From a virus (lineage: Duplodnaviria; Caudoviricetes), in IMG/VR virus record IMGVR_UViG_3300005758_000229, positions 1 through 45,103 of that record: DNA of 45,103 nucleotides; one strand, given 5' to 3'. Made by a program: the position numbers and the translations under genes. Of this stretch, positions 44,525 to 45,103 are shown one piece after another (positions within the stretch are counted from its first letter, which is position 1; each line of letters opens with the position of its first letter). The notes under the pieces were generated by a model that did no database searches, had not been told where the DNA came from, and saw nothing but the letters and a program-made list of their open reading frames with translations.

Positions 44525-45103
44525 TTAGGTATAGTAGGAGCCGTTGCCGTCGGAATAATAGGTGGTGGTCCCGTCGTTGTAGATCACGGTTCCATAGGGA
44601 TACCAGCTGTTCTGCTGATTGGATGTGTAGGTGCTGCAATCGGCGTGAGTATACTGATCGGCCGTGTAGGTGCCGGCGGTGTATTCGTTGCCGTTGATGT
44701 TCACGAACAGATCGCCGCTGACGGTTCCGACATAACCGCCTTCCGTGCAGGACGGGTTGCCGCCGGTGCTTTCGACGTAATAGCCGCCGGAGCCGTTGGA
44801 CTTGTAGTCGTTCGTTCCGTCGCTGGCCAGAAGCGTTCCGTAGGAATACCAGCTGTCGCTCTGCGACCAGGAGGTCGTGCAGTCGTTGTTGTAGTATTCG
44901 TAAGCCGAATAGCTGCCGCCGACGACGCTCGCGCCGATCTCGCTGATGTAGACATACAGATCGCCGGACGACGTGTTGCCGGTGTTGCCGCTGCAACCGC
45001 CGGTGCCGTCGCTCTCAGAATAGTAGCCGCCGGATCCGTTGCTGTAGTGGTTGTAACCGTCGCAGCTGGTGAGGTAGGTGCCGTAAGGGACGTATTCCGT
45101 CAC
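44525..45103 (-). CDS. Tail fibre, C-terminal 192 aa (continuation of 1785..1)
   Basis: Tyr/Gly/Ser/Cys-rich repeats SGDL.V.I...G.Y.....DC...WY.YGT....DG...Y.S[DN]G.G.YY. The first unit begins at positions ~110-1. Confidence 0.8.
   Translation of the reverse strand: MTEYVPYGTYLTSCDGYNHYSNGSGGYYSESDGTGGCSGNTGNTSSGDLYVYISEIGASVVGGSYSAYEYYNNDCTTSWSQSDSWYSYGTLLASDGTNDYKSNGSGGYYVESTGGNPSCTEGGYVGTVSGDLFVNINGNEYTAGTYTADQYTHADCSTYTSNQQNSWYPYGTVIYNDGTTTYYSDGNGSYYT

Larger units (their letters stand above)
1..45103. mobile_element. Complete circularly permuted tailed bacteriophage genome (podovirus-type morphogenesis, no integrase seen)
   Basis: Full set of terS, terL, portal, scaffold, capsid, adaptor, nozzle, internal virion, lysis and replication genes. 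The ORF leaving position 1 (...GETFSG) continues in frame into position 45103 (VTEYVPYGTY...) and completes a repeat unit. Confidence 0.93.

Noticed and set aside
208-44528. Many long plus-strand ORFs (e.g. 208..1041, 14487..16208, 24995..26665, 38490..39521) and minus ORF 1430..2425
   Set aside because: These are antisense or alternative-frame shadows of recognisable genes in high-GC DNA, with no motifs.
44301-44996. 232-aa N-terminal extension of terL in the ORF track
   Set aside because: It is an Arg/Gln-rich alternative frame overlapping the fibre tip and the 72-aa gene. ATG 44300 is coupled to the upstream stop and gives a normal-sized TerL.
44525-45103. Diversity-generating retroelement target in the fibre tip
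   Set aside because: No reverse transcriptase and no template/variable repeat pair differing only at adenines. The repeats are diverged protein-level duplications.
1-45103. Lysogeny module or alternative genetic code
   Set aside because: No integrase, CI-like repressor or partition genes were recognised. Core genes are intact under the standard code and use all three stop codons.

Overview
The window is very probably one complete, circularly assembled ~45.1-kb high-GC tailed phage genome (Caudoviricetes, short-tailed/podovirus-type morphogenesis). The tail-fibre gene leaves position 1 and continues in frame at position 45103. Almost all real genes are on the minus strand, in this order: tail fibre, terL, portal, scaffold, major capsid, adaptor, nozzle, GNAT-like and internal virion proteins, a 3690-aa polyvalent ejection protein, a membrane/lysis cluster, a Cro-like regulator, a replication module (AAA_24, SSB-like, SF2 helicase, Cas4-like nuclease, primase-helicase), small early genes and RusA. 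A short plus-strand block carries a secreted lysozyme-like gene and terS. I recognised no integrase, DNA polymerase, RNA polymerase, methyltransferase, reverse transcriptase, tRNA or CRISPR array. The most interesting signals are: (1) the giant protein is a string of effector domains (two active+inactive JAB pairs, GNAT, a duplicated unknown domain, a zincin peptidase, a PBECR-like nuclease) separated by a recurring [ND]-[ED]-P-x-A-x-Y linker, suggesting an injected self-processing polyprotein; (2) roughly ten-fold or greater enrichment of CCWGG and other methyltransferase-type sites next to the putative genome end; (3) a family of TTGC-N16/17 promoters whose -10 box sits within inverted repeats of unrelated sequence, often leaderless; (4) a ~550-nt structured leader with an anti-start-codon element. 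All domain calls are by-eye motif recognition, not database searches.
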